Below are positions 17,788 through 28,300 of a DNA stretch of 64,000 nt, piece by piece; position 1 is the first letter of the stretch; each line of letters begins with the position of its first letter. This stretch comes from an uncultured virus (IMG/VR IMGVR_UViG_3300048606_000139) (taxonomy: Duplodnaviria > Heunggongvirae > Uroviricota > Caudoviricetes), in IMG/VR virus record IMGVR_UViG_3300048606_000139; one strand, 5' to 3'. The position numbers were made by a program, and so were the translations under genes. The notes beneath the pieces were generated by a model. It made no database searches. It was not told the DNA's origin and worked only from the letters and a program-made list of their open reading frames with translations.

Positions 17788-19107
17788 ATGAGTGAATTCG
17801 CTGTAGTCGAGTTGAGAACGTGTCGCAAGTGTTTGGCTGAGAAGCCCCTTGACGACTTTCCAAGAACCGGTCTGGTGCGCCTCGGGCACAGACTCCGCGT
17901 CTGCAGGACATGCACGAACAGCGCGCATAGGGCCGCTCGCGTACCGAAGGTACGTGCGCAGAAAGTTTTGCCCGACCCAGCGACGACCACGAAGTCGTGC
18001 AGGCGATGCGGCCAACTGAAGACGCTGGCCGAGTACGTGCCGTCCAGCACATTCCGCGATGGCCGAATCGGTATCTGCAAGGTTTGCAAGAATACGGAGG
18101 CGCGCGAGAAGTACACGCCGAAGCGGAAGCCCCGGCCGATCGACACGAGAGAAGCAAAGCCATGCAACATATGCGGCGCTGAAAAGCCGATGTCCGAGTT
18201 CAGCAAAACGCCAACCGGACGCCTCGGTGGATGCAGGGAGTGCTGGCGCGCGCGTTCTCGATCTTGGAGTGCACGGCAGCCCAAGGCGGTGAAGCGCTCG
18301 GCCACGGGCCCTTGGTCGTGTTCTAGATGCTTTGTCGAAAAGCCAGCCGAAGACTTCACGAAAGCCAGCGCTGCGAAGGGCGGTTACTACAGTCGCGCGT
18401 GCAAGGTTTGCGAATACGCGGTTGAAAAGGCCGGTCGCGCCAAGCAGCCTTTGCGCCTCCCCGCGTCGGACGGGTCGAAGCTCTGCAGCAAGTGTCGAGT
18501 AGAAAAGCCGCGTGTTGACTTCAACAAAAACGCGCGCGGCCTCGACGGGCGGAGAACGACGTGCAGGACTTGCGACAACGTCAACCTGCACAAGCTGAGG
18601 CCGCTTCACCCGAGGACTCATGAGGGTGATCAGCGCCGCTTCTGGTCGCGGGTGAACAAGGAAGGCCCGGATCACCCCTACGATGTCACGCTGGGAACGT
18701 GCTGGCTTTGGACCGCGAAAAGCTCCAAGGGGTTTGGATACGGCTGTTTCAGCGCCGGCGGCAAGCACTTCGACACGCACAGGTATTCGTTGCAGCTGGA
18801 GAACGGACCGATTCCGAATGGCCTCCATGTGCTGCACGGATGTGACCGCCCAGCGTGCGTCCGGACCTCCCACTTGCGACTTGGCACGCAGCTCGATAAC
18901 AACCGCGACATGTTCGAGCGCGGACGCAACAACCCCCCGCGTGGTAGCGAACATTCTGGCGCAAAGATCAACGAAGGCGACGTGCTGACGATCCGCGCCC
19001 GACGCGCTCGCGGCGAGACGTGCGCGGAGATAGCGAAGGACTACAACGTGCACGCCGTGTGCATCAGCAATGTCGATTTGCGTAAAACATGGAAGCACGT
19101 CAAATAG
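17788..19107 (+). CDS. Free-standing HNH homing endonuclease with five zinc-ribbon repeats and C-terminal HTH
   Basis: 5x CxxC..EK...F...CxxC; RFWSRVNK, CWLWT, GYG, VLHGCDRPACVRTSHL.LGT..DN..DM; AAGGA RBS. Confidence 0.88.
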   Translation: MSEFAVVELRTCRKCLAEKPLDDFPRTGLVRLGHRLRVCRTCTNSAHRAARVPKVRAQKVLPDPATTTKSCRRCGQLKTLAEYVPSSTFRDGRIGICKVCKNTEAREKYTPKRKPRPIDTREAKPCNICGAEKPMSEFSKTPTGRLGGCRECWRARSRSWSARQPKAVKRSATGPWSCSRCFVEKPAEDFTKASAAKGGYYSRACKVCEYAVEKAGRAKQPLRLPASDGSKLCSKCRVEKPRVDFNKNARGLDGRRTTCRTCDNVNLHKLRPLHPRTHEGDQRRFWSRVNKEGPDHPYDVTLGTCWLWTAKSSKGFGYGCFSAGGKHFDTHRYSLQLENGPIPNGLHVLHGCDRPACVRTSHLRLGTQLDNNRDMFERGRNNPPRGSEHSGAKINEGDVLTIRARRARGETCAEIAKDYNVHAVCISNVDLRKTWKHVK

Positions 19108-19114
19108 GCTCCCA

Positions 19115-19606
19115 TCACGTATCGCTGTAGGTCGCGAACACGTCTATAAGCACGGGCGCGCTGGCAACTGTCGACGCTGAGTTGCAAAGCAATTTTATGA
19201 TGCAGAGATCTAGATTCGCTAAACTATCTAGTGCGCTGATTGTTACCTGCGTTTGGTTCAGGGCTCGGGCTGTACCGCTTACAGTCGTAGTCGTGTTTGC
19301 AACAGTGCTCAGGGCCTTTGTCTCGACGCTCTGAGCGTCGAGCGGAGTGATAGCTCCGAGTGACGCATCCCATCTCGTGTTGCCAGAGGTTGACGCGCTG
19401 TACCACCGAGCGTTGATCACTACGTTACCCGATCCGTAATAAAAGATCGGCACTAACCAATATATGGCCTGACTACTGGCGATCGTGAATTGATATCCCG
19501 GCACCGGAAAGTTGGTGCCAGCGGTCATCACCAACGTTGGAATCGTTGATCCAGACGTCGCTGTAACAGCGCTCAAAACCGGCAGTGGCAAGTATGTAGT
19601 GGCCAA
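19115..19606 (-). CDS. Putative virion protein (lower GC)
   Basis: AAGGT RBS, TTG start, beta-rich sequence. Confidence 0.65.
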   Translation of the reverse strand: MATTYLPLPVLSAVTATSGSTIPTLVMTAGTNFPVPGYQFTIASSQAIYWLVPIFYYGSGNVVINARWYSASTSGNTRWDASLGAITPLDAQSVETKALSTVANTTTTVSGTARALNQTQVTISALDSLANLDLCIIKLLCNSASTVASAPVLIDVFATYSDT

Positions 19607-19680
19607 CGCGACACCTTATCCATTCGCAAACTGCAACTTCACGGAGCTGTGCCGGCCGCCGCGTGCAGATACGAACGAGA

Positions 19681-20121
19681 TCAGGTCGGAGCGATCGAGA
19701 TCGACAACTGTCCAGCAGCGAAAGAGGGCGTGTTGCCCGTGTTGATGACGTTGGTGGCAGGAGTCACCGAGCCACGGCAAACCATGTTGCCCGAGGTCGA
19801 CGCATCCCAGATGGCGAAGAACGTGATAGCTGCGCCACCCGCCCACTGCGCGGTTGCAGTTGGGAACGTGACCGCGGTTTTGTTCGTGAGAACGCTAGGA
19901 TTCGCGGCAGTCGTGGTGTTCCAGTTGGTCCCCTGGGGGCTGGCGGGCATCGAGTAGCGCGCATATGAGCCCGCGGAAGCCTCGTTGCTCGTTCCTCCCG
20001 TGTCACCAGGGTCGCCAGTGTGCAACGAAACCCACAGGCCGTTTGGCTGCGTTGTTGATTGCGTGTTGAACAGCCAGTCGAGGGCTAGTTGTCTACGAGA
20101 TTGAGAGAGTCCAGTTGCCAT
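19681..20121 (-). CDS. Phage minor tail protein
   Basis: LWVSLHTGDPGDTG..NEAS...YAR, ITFFAIWDASTSGN, F.AGQLSI: common phage tail protein pattern. Confidence 0.8.
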   Translation of the reverse strand: MATGLSQSRRQLALDWLFNTQSTTQPNGLWVSLHTGDPGDTGGTSNEASAGSYARYSMPASPQGTNWNTTTAANPSVLTNKTAVTFPTATAQWAGGAAITFFAIWDASTSGNMVCRGSVTPATNVINTGNTPSFAAGQLSISIAPT

Positions 20122-20169
20122 TGTCCTTTACCTAACTTCCTGTGGCGGCAAACACGCCGCACGTTGTGT

Positions 20170-20553
20170 TCACCAACCGAAAACTTGCATATCGAATGTG
20201 CCGGGACCGACGTCGGAGTGAGGATGAAAGTAGAGACAGACCCACTTCGGCAAATCCTTGTAGACGATGCTGGCGCTGCCACCGCTTGTCAGAGACAGCA
20301 TTACGCGCTCGTCAGAGATGGTCGGCGCGCTTCCTCGAACAAGCGTCGGGATGATCGGGCAGATACCGTTTGCCTGGCCGTCGCTGTTGCCACCCCACAT
20401 AGAGACATAGTGATCGGGGTCTGCCGACGAGTTGCTCCAGTACATGGACGCGACCAGAATGCCCATGCGCGACGTGTCGATCCACGGGCCTTGTACGTAG
20501 GTCGCCCAGCTAGCGACTGATATGTACGTCTGATTGTCGTATACGTTGATCAC
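20170..20553 (-). CDS. Hypothetical virion protein
   Basis: ORF in late operon with GGGAG RBS. Confidence 0.6.
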   Translation of the reverse strand: MINVYDNQTYISVASWATYVQGPWIDTSRMGILVASMYWSNSSADPDHYVSMWGGNSDGQANGICPIIPTLVRGSAPTISDERVMLSLTSGGSASIVYKDLPKWVCLYFHPHSDVGPGTFDMQVFGW

Positions 20554-20635
20554 TGTCGTCCCACTCCCTTAGCGGCCACGCCGCACCTTTGTGTTTACCG
20601 AACCGAACTACGAAACCTTTGTGTCATCCCCACGC

Positions 20636-21010
20636 TCACCCACCCTTCGCGTCGAGTGACTCTGCTTGCGCGGAGGCGGATTGGAGATTCTTGAAGTCGA
20701 GCGTGATCGGCTTGTTTCCGGCGATGACCTGGACCTTGCCGTCTTGTGCCAAACAGAACGGATCCACCTCAATTCTGATTGGCAGATCCGCCGGCTCGTT
20801 GAGCGGTCCGCCGCGTGTGACGGCGTCGAGTGGTGCCGCCCAGTACTTCTGATAATAAGCCGCCATCGGCTGCGGCTGCTTGCCGGGTCCGTACGCGACC
20901 GGCGGCATCGGATACGGCGTCGCAGCGCTCGACGCGAAGAGTCGCCCAACGGCCTCAGCCGCCTCGCTCGCCGATTGCTTGTCAGCAAAACTCTTGTACT
21001 GAGCGGCCAT
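20636..21010 (-). CDS. Hypothetical virion protein, paralog of N-terminus of 11536-12735
   Basis: Shared motif as above. Confidence 0.65.
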   Translation of the reverse strand: MAAQYKSFADKQSASEAAEAVGRLFASSAATPYPMPPVAYGPGKQPQPMAAYYQKYWAAPLDAVTRGGPLNEPADLPIRIEVDPFCLAQDGKVQVIAGNKPITLDFKNLQSASAQAESLDAKGG

Positions 21011-21015
21011 GGCGT

Positions 21016-21831
21016 TTACCAGTTCCACTCACCTGCTGAGCGGGCTAACGTCAGCAACGCCGCGCGCTGCGTCGTGGATGGGCGTGCAGAGCATAGAAAG
21101 ATCTGCGCGGCGCTGAGATTTACCGGGAAGGAGTTGGCGCCGCTGACACCGAGCGAGAGCAGTCGCCCAGCGTTTGCTTGTGTCAGCCCAGTGCCGTTCG
21201 TCGCTACCTGTGTCCCGTTGACCTCAAGAATGTTGACTCCATTCGAATCCAGCGATCCTTCTATCAGCCGGACGGCGGTAGAAGAGTCGGCGGCCGTCGC
21301 CTGCGAACCGCCCGTGCGACTAGTGAGCTGATTCGCGCCGATGTATAAGATACCGGGGAACGAGTTAGTGGCCGGAGAATCTATAACCTGGAACATCACG
21401 CCGATAGTCGTAGGACTGGTGCGCAGGCGGCCAATGAGACCAATCCATGGTCGAGTGCCTGCCACAAAAATGTCTGGAGTTTGCGGAGTGAGTTGCACCA
21501 AACATTTGGTTCCAGTCTCCGCGCACTGGACAACGCTCTTACCGGCAAAGTCGCCGCCGTCAGCCGCGTATACGGGCCGCTGCCCCGCTGCCGGCGCCTG
21601 CAACACCAAGCCGCGAATCTGCCCGGTCCACGTGTCGATCGTCCCGCTCGTAAACGTGCCGCTACCGAGTCCAACGCCAGCGTTATCCTTGGTCGTCCAA
21701 TAGTCGACCAACAACGCCCCGAGCACGGACTGGTAAGTGACAGCCGTGACCTCATTCCCGTCGCTGATTGACGGGGAGCAATTGCCGCTCAACAACGGCG
21801 AAAGGAGAGGCGACGCCATCACGGACCCCAA
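21016..21831 (-). CDS. Putative virion protein (LamG-like fold)
   Basis: IDTWTGQ...Q..AGQRPVY pattern; coupled ORF. Confidence 0.6.
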   Translation of the reverse strand: MGSVMASPLLSPLLSGNCSPSISDGNEVTAVTYQSVLGALLVDYWTTKDNAGVGLGSGTFTSGTIDTWTGQIRGLVLQAPAAGQRPVYAADGGDFAGKSVVQCAETGTKCLVQLTPQTPDIFVAGTRPWIGLIGRLRTSPTTIGVMFQVIDSPATNSFPGILYIGANQLTSRTGGSQATAADSSTAVRLIEGSLDSNGVNILEVNGTQVATNGTGLTQANAGRLLSLGVSGANSFPVNLSAAQIFLCSARPSTTQRAALLTLARSAGEWNW

Positions 21832-22253
21832 GACCTCGCAGTAACAACCAGCGTGTTAGCTCCAGCGCCACCACCAGCCGTCGCGTCCCAACGCAAACGC
21901 AACTTGCCAACCGGCGGATTGGTCACGCTGATAGTCACGCAACCTTGCTGCGCCGCGCCCGCGGTGAGCTTCAGCCCGATGCCACCGGTGTCGATCGCCC
22001 AGCCGGTTAGGCCGGTGTGAAAGCAGCCGGTCGGAAGCAGCACGAGCGTCACGTACGTTGGCGCCGTATCGAGCCCCGTGTACTCGATGATCAGCGAGCC
22101 CGCGAGGTTGATCGACGTGGTGTCGAACGTCGCCTCGAACGTGGCCACGCGAACGCCGAACGTGTCCAGCCACCCACCGGTGACGTCGAGGGTTGTCACC
22201 TGAGACGCGATGTACGGCTGCGTTTTCCAGTACGAGGTTGGTGTGCCACTCAT
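21819..22253 (-). CDS. Hypothetical virion protein
   Basis: ATGA-coupled, beta-rich. Confidence 0.6.
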   Translation of the reverse strand: MSGTPTSYWKTQPYIASQVTTLDVTGGWLDTFGVRVATFEATFDTTSINLAGSLIIEYTGLDTAPTYVTLVLLPTGCFHTGLTGWAIDTGGIGLKLTAGAAQQGCVTISVTNPPVGKLRLRWDATAGGGAGANTLVVTARSWGP

Positions 22254-22507
22254 GGTTTGATGCTTTCAGTGGCGACAGTTGCCGCTGAGAGCGCGGCATC
22301 GGCTTTTGCTTCAACTACCGGCGCATTGCGAACCAGCTCTTTCACCGCCTTGGAATCGGCGCGGGGAAGCTTGTTCGCGATGAACGACAGGACGGTCGCG
22401 AGCGCGGTCAGTCCCTGCGTGTACTTCGGAAGCGCATTCGACACGGCCAGTGCGCCGATCACGCCACTCAACCAAACGACCGCTTCACGGATTGCCGGGA
22501 GCGTCAT
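22250..22507 (-). CDS. Two-TM membrane protein, holin candidate
   Basis: Two hydrophobic helices, near endolysin, ATGA coupling. Confidence 0.5.
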   Translation of the reverse strand: MTLPAIREAVVWLSGVIGALAVSNALPKYTQGLTALATVLSFIANKLPRADSKAVKELVRNAPVVEAKADAALSAATVATESIKP

Positions 22508-23007
22508 GGGCTCGTCACCGTGTACGCCGCGGTCAAACCACCAGAACCGATGTTGCAAACTGAAGTCTTGGTCGGAATGCCAGCCGCGGCGTACGACGCG
22601 GTGACTTGCGGATGGCCATCAAGCGGCACGTCCATGGTCATCAGGAACGTTGCTGTCCCGACGTAACGAGTGGCCCCGGTCGTCGTGAAGATGCCGAGCA
22701 GATCAGGCCGCTGCTGGTTCAGCAGCTGCGAGTAATAGTTGGGATTCGCGGCGCCGCCGGTGCGCGTACAAAAGAGCGTGTTGGCGGTGTCGAAGCCGCA
22801 CAGATAACTCGTGCCAGCGCGCTCCATGACGGCGCAGCGGATCGCCGTCGTGCGCTGATCGCTGAACGTGGCGAGCGCCATCGGCTTCTTGCCAGGCACG
22901 CCGTTGTTGTTTGGGTTGCTGTTGATCACCGTGTAGCCGGTGGTCAGCGCATACGCGGTGCCCACGCACGCGAGCAGCAGCAGTGACAGAACGCTTACGG
23001 ACTTCAT
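22504..23007 (-). CDS. Secreted hypothetical protein
   Basis: N-terminal signal peptide MKSVSVLSLLLLACVGTAYA. Confidence 0.65.
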   Translation of the reverse strand: MKSVSVLSLLLLACVGTAYALTTGYTVINSNPNNNGVPGKKPMALATFSDQRTTAIRCAVMERAGTSYLCGFDTANTLFCTRTGGAANPNYYSQLLNQQRPDLLGIFTTTGATRYVGTATFLMTMDVPLDGHPQVTASYAAAGIPTKTSVCNIGSGGLTAAYTVTSP

Positions 23008-23010
23008 GGG

Positions 23011-23253
23011 CTACCAACTCTTCCTTGTGTTATCGACGGGCGTGACCTCGTCCCACTGCGGATCGCGAGGCTTCGTCGTGTTGCGCTCGTACGCGTGCTT
23101 TTCGCCCCGCGCGAAACAGTCGACGCCGTATTGCGTGACGAGATCGACGAGCCAGCGCGGCAGCGCGTCTTGCTTGCGACCAAGCCGCTCGGCGAGTTGC
23201 GCCAGAGCGATTTGGACGGCCGGGGAGATGAGGCGGCGGGCTTCATCGGGCAT
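23011..23253 (-). CDS. Hypothetical protein
   Basis: Overlapping chain in lysis region. Confidence 0.5.
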   Translation of the reverse strand: MPDEARRLISPAVQIALAQLAERLGRKQDALPRWLVDLVTQYGVDCFARGEKHAYERNTTKPRDPQWDEVTPVDNTRKSW

Positions 23254-23512
23254 GCCTGCTCTTGGCTTCTTGCTGCGTGGTCTCGACTTCCAACACCTTG
23301 AGACGCATCTCGAGCTGATGAACGCGCTCGAGCATTTCGCTTGAACGTTCCAGCTGCTGCAGCCGCTCTTCGTGCCGCTTGGTCACGGCAGACAGCTCTG
23401 CTGTCCACTGAACCTGCGTGTCCTTGGCGTTCTCGAGCGTCGTAATGCGCGCTGCGCCGACCGCGATCGTTGTGATGATCCCGAGCCATGCGGAGATTGT
23501 TCCCGGCGTCAT
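23243..23512 (-). CDS. TM + coiled-coil protein (holin/hemolysin-like)
   Basis: N-terminal TM then heptad-rich tail; GGAGG RBS; directly after endolysin. Confidence 0.6.
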   Translation of the reverse strand: MTPGTISAWLGIITTIAVGAARITTLENAKDTQVQWTAELSAVTKRHEERLQQLERSSEMLERVHQLEMRLKVLEVETTQQEAKSRHAR

Positions 23513-23538
23513 AGATCACGCCGCCTCCCGTAAGCCGC

Positions 23539-24213
23539 TCATGGCTGCAGCCTTCCGAGCTCAAAGTGCATCCCATCTTTGCGGCTGTGGAAGTTGCCGC
23601 CCCAGAACCAGCCGAACTTCTGCGCGAGCGGAACCAACTCACGCACGCAGCCAAGCTGGTGGATCTGCGCCGGCTCCTCGCCGAGCTGGTTCCACAGCGC
23701 ATTCAGATCCATCGCCGTCGCCCAGCAATGATTTGAGAGATCCTCAATGCGCGCGCTGCCCGCCTTGCCACGCTTGAAGCGCGTTGCAAACGACCCGTTC
23801 CACGTCTTCACGCGGTCGAGCAATCCAGCCTCTTCCCACGCGGCCCACACGCCGAGCAGCTGTTTCACTCCGAGGTGGTGGAAACGAACCGCGGGCCAGA
23901 TGCCGATCTTCTCGAGTTGCGGCACCTTCACCTGGACGACGTTCTTCGCGACCCAGTCTCCGATGATCCGGATGCGCTCTGGATTGCCGACCATTGGATC
24001 GGGAACCCACGCAAAGCGCCCAAACAACTGTTGGCGCCTGAGCGCAGACAGTGGCACCGGCGGAAGCGTCAGATCGATCGGCGTCAAGTTGTCCGCAGGC
24101 GGACGCAACGCATCGCGCCGATGTGGACGATTCGACACAGGGGTCGGAAGCTCCTCATCGAACCGCGGATCCGCGTCAGAGTTCACTGGCGGCGGCTTGC
24201 CCTGCGTACTCAA
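23539..24213 (-). CDS. Endolysin, M15 family peptidase
   Basis: LSNHCWATAMDLN (SxHxxxxAxD) and WGGNF...DGMHFE motifs. Confidence 0.88.
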   Translation of the reverse strand: MSTQGKPPPVNSDADPRFDEELPTPVSNRPHRRDALRPPADNLTPIDLTLPPVPLSALRRQQLFGRFAWVPDPMVGNPERIRIIGDWVAKNVVQVKVPQLEKIGIWPAVRFHHLGVKQLLGVWAAWEEAGLLDRVKTWNGSFATRFKRGKAGSARIEDLSNHCWATAMDLNALWNQLGEEPAQIHQLGCVRELVPLAQKFGWFWGGNFHSRKDGMHFELGRLQP

Positions 24214-24377
24214 TGTCGGTTCGCCTTTCGCGCCGCTCTCTGATCGTCCAACTGCTGTTTCGCCTTGTCCGCCTCACTCTGCCCAAGCGGCTCCTCGAGC
24301 TTCTCGCCAGGCTTCGGCGCAAGCGCTTTGATCGCGTCGGGCACAAGGCCGAGCAGCCACGCGATCACCGGATTCAT
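24210..24377 (-). CDS. Small hypothetical protein
   Basis: GGAG RBS, ATGA coupling on both sides. Confidence 0.55.
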   Translation of the reverse strand: MNPVIAWLLGLVPDAIKALAPKPGEKLEEPLGQSEADKAKQQLDDQRAARKANRH

Positions 24378-24691
24378 GACGTCGCTCCGGTGAACGGCAG
24401 CCCGTACGCGCACGCGGCGGAACCAACGCCGACGTCGCTAAGCTTCGGGTCGGTGAACGTCACCGTCGTAGAGCCAGCACTCCACGTGATCGTCGGATTC
24501 GTCCACGGGTCCCGAAGGAACGGGTTTGGCTGAGTGATCGGCCACTCCCACCACGGCCGATATGGCCCGATAAACGGCTGCGGCGATTGCGGATACGCCG
24601 GCGCCGTCGCAATCGAACACGTGCACTGAGTCACGTCCGGTGAAAGGCTCGCTGCACATCGCGCGCAGATCCATCCTTGGCGTCCGATCAC
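24374..24691 (-). CDS. Zn-ribbon, Pro-rich hypothetical protein
   Basis: GWICARC...SP....C.C motif; GTGA coupling. Confidence 0.6.
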   Translation of the reverse strand: MIGRQGWICARCAASLSPDVTQCTCSIATAPAYPQSPQPFIGPYRPWWEWPITQPNPFLRDPWTNPTITWSAGSTTVTFTDPKLSDVGVGSAACAYGLPFTGATS

Positions 24692-25185
24692 TTGACCACC
24701 TCCGCAGCAACCGCCGGCCGCTTGCACTCGCCACCCGGCGCCAACTCCGACAGCTCGCGCGCAAGCACCTTGCTCAACGGGTACAGCGCGGGCCCCACGG
24801 TCGGGATCGCGAGCAAGGCATCACCCAGCTCGTTCATCGCCTCGACGCCACACGGGGCAACCTCGCGCAGCATCCCGCCATCGTCCGCGTGGATCTGCCA
24901 CTGCGAGATCGCCAGCTGCATGATCTGCTCGAACTGTCGAGCGTGGTTGATCAGCTCGTTGATGTGGTCGAACGGCGCATTCGCGTCCTGGTACGCCTTG
25001 TCATTGTCGCCGGCGAGCTCGGACGCACGGGCCGCGGCATTCAAGCGCACGGGCGTCCACTGCGTATCGACGCCTTCGAGCGCGTGCTTATACTGGTTGT
25101 GGAGCGAGATCGCGCTCTGCAGCGACGGGCCCGAAGCACAAGCTGAGACTGCGAGCAACGCAACCGCCACTAGCACCTGTCGCAC
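24688..25185 (-). CDS. Lipoprotein (spanin or superinfection-exclusion candidate)
   Basis: Signal peptide with lipobox VSAC; first gene of lysis cluster. Confidence 0.65.
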   Translation of the reverse strand: MRQVLVAVALLAVSACASGPSLQSAISLHNQYKHALEGVDTQWTPVRLNAAARASELAGDNDKAYQDANAPFDHINELINHARQFEQIMQLAISQWQIHADDGGMLREVAPCGVEAMNELGDALLAIPTVGPALYPLSKVLARELSELAPGGECKRPAVAAEVVK

Positions 25186-25273
25186 GGCCGCCGTCCTAAC
25201 CCGGACGCAGAGCGAGCGAGATGAACGCAGCAGCGGCCAGCTGGTAACGTGTTAGCGGGTGTGGGTGCGGACA

Positions 25274-25298
25274 GGCAGGCGGGCCGTAGTGGGCAGCG
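25274..25298 (-). promoter_or_regulatory. Conserved intergenic motif copy 1 (putative late promoter)
   Basis: GGCAGGCGGGCCGTAGTGGGCAGCG, identical to 42234-42258. Confidence 0.65.
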
Positions 25299-25319
25299 AT
25301 TACTCCAGGCGCCTACCGC

Positions 25320-28300
25320 TCAGACCGGAAAGTCGTTCACGTTGATCGACTGGATCCAAATGGTTCCGCCCGCCGGCGCCTTGAACTGCCACACCGCCTC
25401 ATCCCGCGTGCCGCCTCGGATGCCCGCGTTCGTCGACCAGCCACCCGGATCGTCGCACTCGACCGAGAACACCTGCTCACCGCTCCACGCGCCAGCCGAG
25501 TTGCTCACGTTCCACGTGACCACGGCGCCCGACGCCATGGTGCACCGCACCTGCCCGCCCAGTCCGCCCGCGACCTTGCCATACACGTTGCCGCGTACCT
25601 GCGCCGACGTCTGTCCATTCGTGAGCGACCGCGTTTGCATCGCCGGTGGCACCGCGAAGATATTGACGAACGTCGAGCTGGTCGTCGAGAACCCGTAGGA
25701 GAACGTGGATACGGTCGTGCTGGGCGCGGTGCCGGCGCTCGAGCCAGAGCTGGCACCACCGGAGAACAGCTGCAAGTACTTCGCTTTCGAAAGAGGGATC
25801 GGCGTAACGAAGCTGCCATTCGCGCCCGGCCACATCTGCCCTTGGTCGCTGTCGAAGTAGCCTTCGAAGATCACGTTATTCGCAACCATCCAGTCATACA
25901 TGTTCTGCACGAAACTGGGGTCATCGCCACCAGCCGGGATGCCGCCACCGATTGCCCAGCAGCCCCACTCCGGAACGCACAGCGGTTTGCTATGCAGTCG
26001 TGCGAAGTCGGCAAACCAGTTCAAGCCCCATGGCGTCCCGTTGCCGTTGAGGTATCCGGCCCACGCCTGTGCTTGGATCGCCGCGCTCGGCTGCACGTTA
26101 GCGACGTATCCGCTGCCGTAGTGATCGTGGCGATCGACGCCGATCAGGTCGACGTACGCATCGCCCGGATAGCACGCGATGAGATCGATATTTCTCTCAA
26201 CGAGCGGGTTATACATGAACTTGATATCGAAGCCCGGCGGAAGCGCGCCGCGCATCGTGTTCACGATCTGCGCCCAGTAGTTCCGGAAGTCCGCGGCGCT
26301 CGGCACCGGCTGCAAGTTGAACTCCCACCCAAGACGCACGATCACATGCTTGAGGTTGTTCGCCTCGATGCGATCAGCGAGCGTTGCGTAGTGGAAGTTG
26401 TACGCGCCGGTCGCGCCGGTCGCGTAGCTCGTGCCGGACTGAAGCAGCATAGGCACGCCGAGCAGCAACGGCAACGTGGGATGCGCGGTCTGCCAGTCGC
26501 CCCACGGACCGAGCATCCAGTCCGGCGTCTCGACATCACTCCATTGCTGCGTGTCGCAGTACGCGTAGCCGTACATGTTCGGGTTGCTGAGGTAGTTGCA
26601 ATAGAGCGGCCAGTCGGTCAGCCCTTGCGGCGCGGGATTGGTGTACGCCGCGGCCTGGAACGGCAGTGTCCCCGGCGTGCCCGCAGTCGGCCCCGAGAAC
26701 AGGTCGAGGTACATCGCCTTGGCGAGCGGCAGCGGTGTGACGTAGGAGTTGTTGGCTTCCGGCCACAGCTGAAACTTCACGCCATCATCTTGCAGCCCCA
26801 TCATGTAGATGTTGTTGGCTGCCGCCCAATTGAACATGTGCTGCACGAAGAGCGGATTGTCGCCACCGGCCGGAGCGTCCGGACTCACGGCTTGGACACC
26901 CCAACTCGGCACGATCAGCGGCTTATTCATGGTCAGTGCGTGCTGCACAAACCAGTTGAGACCATACGGCGAGCCATTACCGGTGAGGTAGCTTTGCCAC
27001 GCGGTCTCGCGAGCGGTGTTGCTCGGCGTCGTATTCGCGACGTACCCAGCGCCGAACCAATCGTAGATGTCGACGCCGACGTAATCGACATACGAAGGGC
27101 CGGGCCAGCAGGCCACGAGATCGACACCGCCGCCGAGATACGGGTTCCAGCAAAACTTGATATCCATCGACCCCGCGTTGGCGCGCATCGTGTTGACGAT
27201 CTGCACCCAATACGCGCGGAAGAACCCTTCGTTGCCGATGAGATCGCCAATGTTCTGCAGCTCTTGGAATTCGGGCGCGAGCCGAATGATCACGCGCTTG
27301 GTTCCTGCCGCCGCGAGGTTCTGCGCAAGCGTCGTGAAGTGGCTGAGGTATGCGCCAGACGCCGCCGTCTGAAGGTTCATCTCACCAATGTCATCGGGGA
27401 ACATCGGAACGCCGAGCAGATAGCCCAGCGTTGGGTGCGCAGTGCCCCACGCGGCCCACGCATTGAACAGCGCCGTGGCCCCCTCCATGTTGGCCCACGT
27501 GTCAGACGGCAAATAGTCGCTACCCCACAGCAACGGATTGTTGAGAAACGTCACATACGCGGGATAGTCGGTCGTAGAGTTGGTTGGGGTTCCGCTCGTA
27601 TACACCGCCTCGAGAAATGGCAGCGGTGGTCGGCCGGGGTTACCCGGTCCGCCGGGATTGCCTGGGGTCCCCGGATCGTAGTGGCCGATCACGGTCAGTG
27701 GGGCGCAGTAGTTGAAGAGCGCGCCGCGGCGGTGAGTTTGAGTCTTGGCCGACGGCAATTGGTTCGCTATCGCGTCTACCGACTGGCTAAGGCTCGCGCC
27801 GTTGTAGATGGGTGAGCGCGGATCGAGCGAACGCACGTCGATGCCGGCGCTGAGCGAATTGCCGTCGATCAGATTCAGCGGACACTCAAATACGTGCACG
27901 CCGTGAATCTGCAGAAACATGCCCGACGTTGGCGCGTAGGTGGCACTCGAGATCGTGAATGAGAACTCCTGCGCGGTGTTCGTCGCAGCTGGAGTGTCGT
28001 ACGCAAACAGCAGCGGCACAGGAGAGCCCTGGCACGCGAACGGGAATAGGTTGCCGCTTGCGGCTGGAAGCTCCACTGTCCCTGAAAACGTGGCCGCTGA
28101 GTAGTCGAGTCCACCCGCACTCACCGTCATGCACAAGACCCGCGTGATATGCAGGTCGTCGGGCTTGATCCAAAAGCGAAAGGTGTACGTGAGCGTGTCG
28201 CCGTCCGCGAATAGCAGCGACGATGGCCCGGCCACTACGAGTGAGTGCCCGCGGCCTCGCAACCAGTTGATCGCGAACGCCGCGCCTTTGTGCGTGGCTC

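Noticed and set aside
17677..19098. 473 aa - strand ORF that would keep the tail operon co-directional
   Set aside because: Antisense shadow of the HNH gene with no motifs; unlike MuF, it has no intein blocks or exteins
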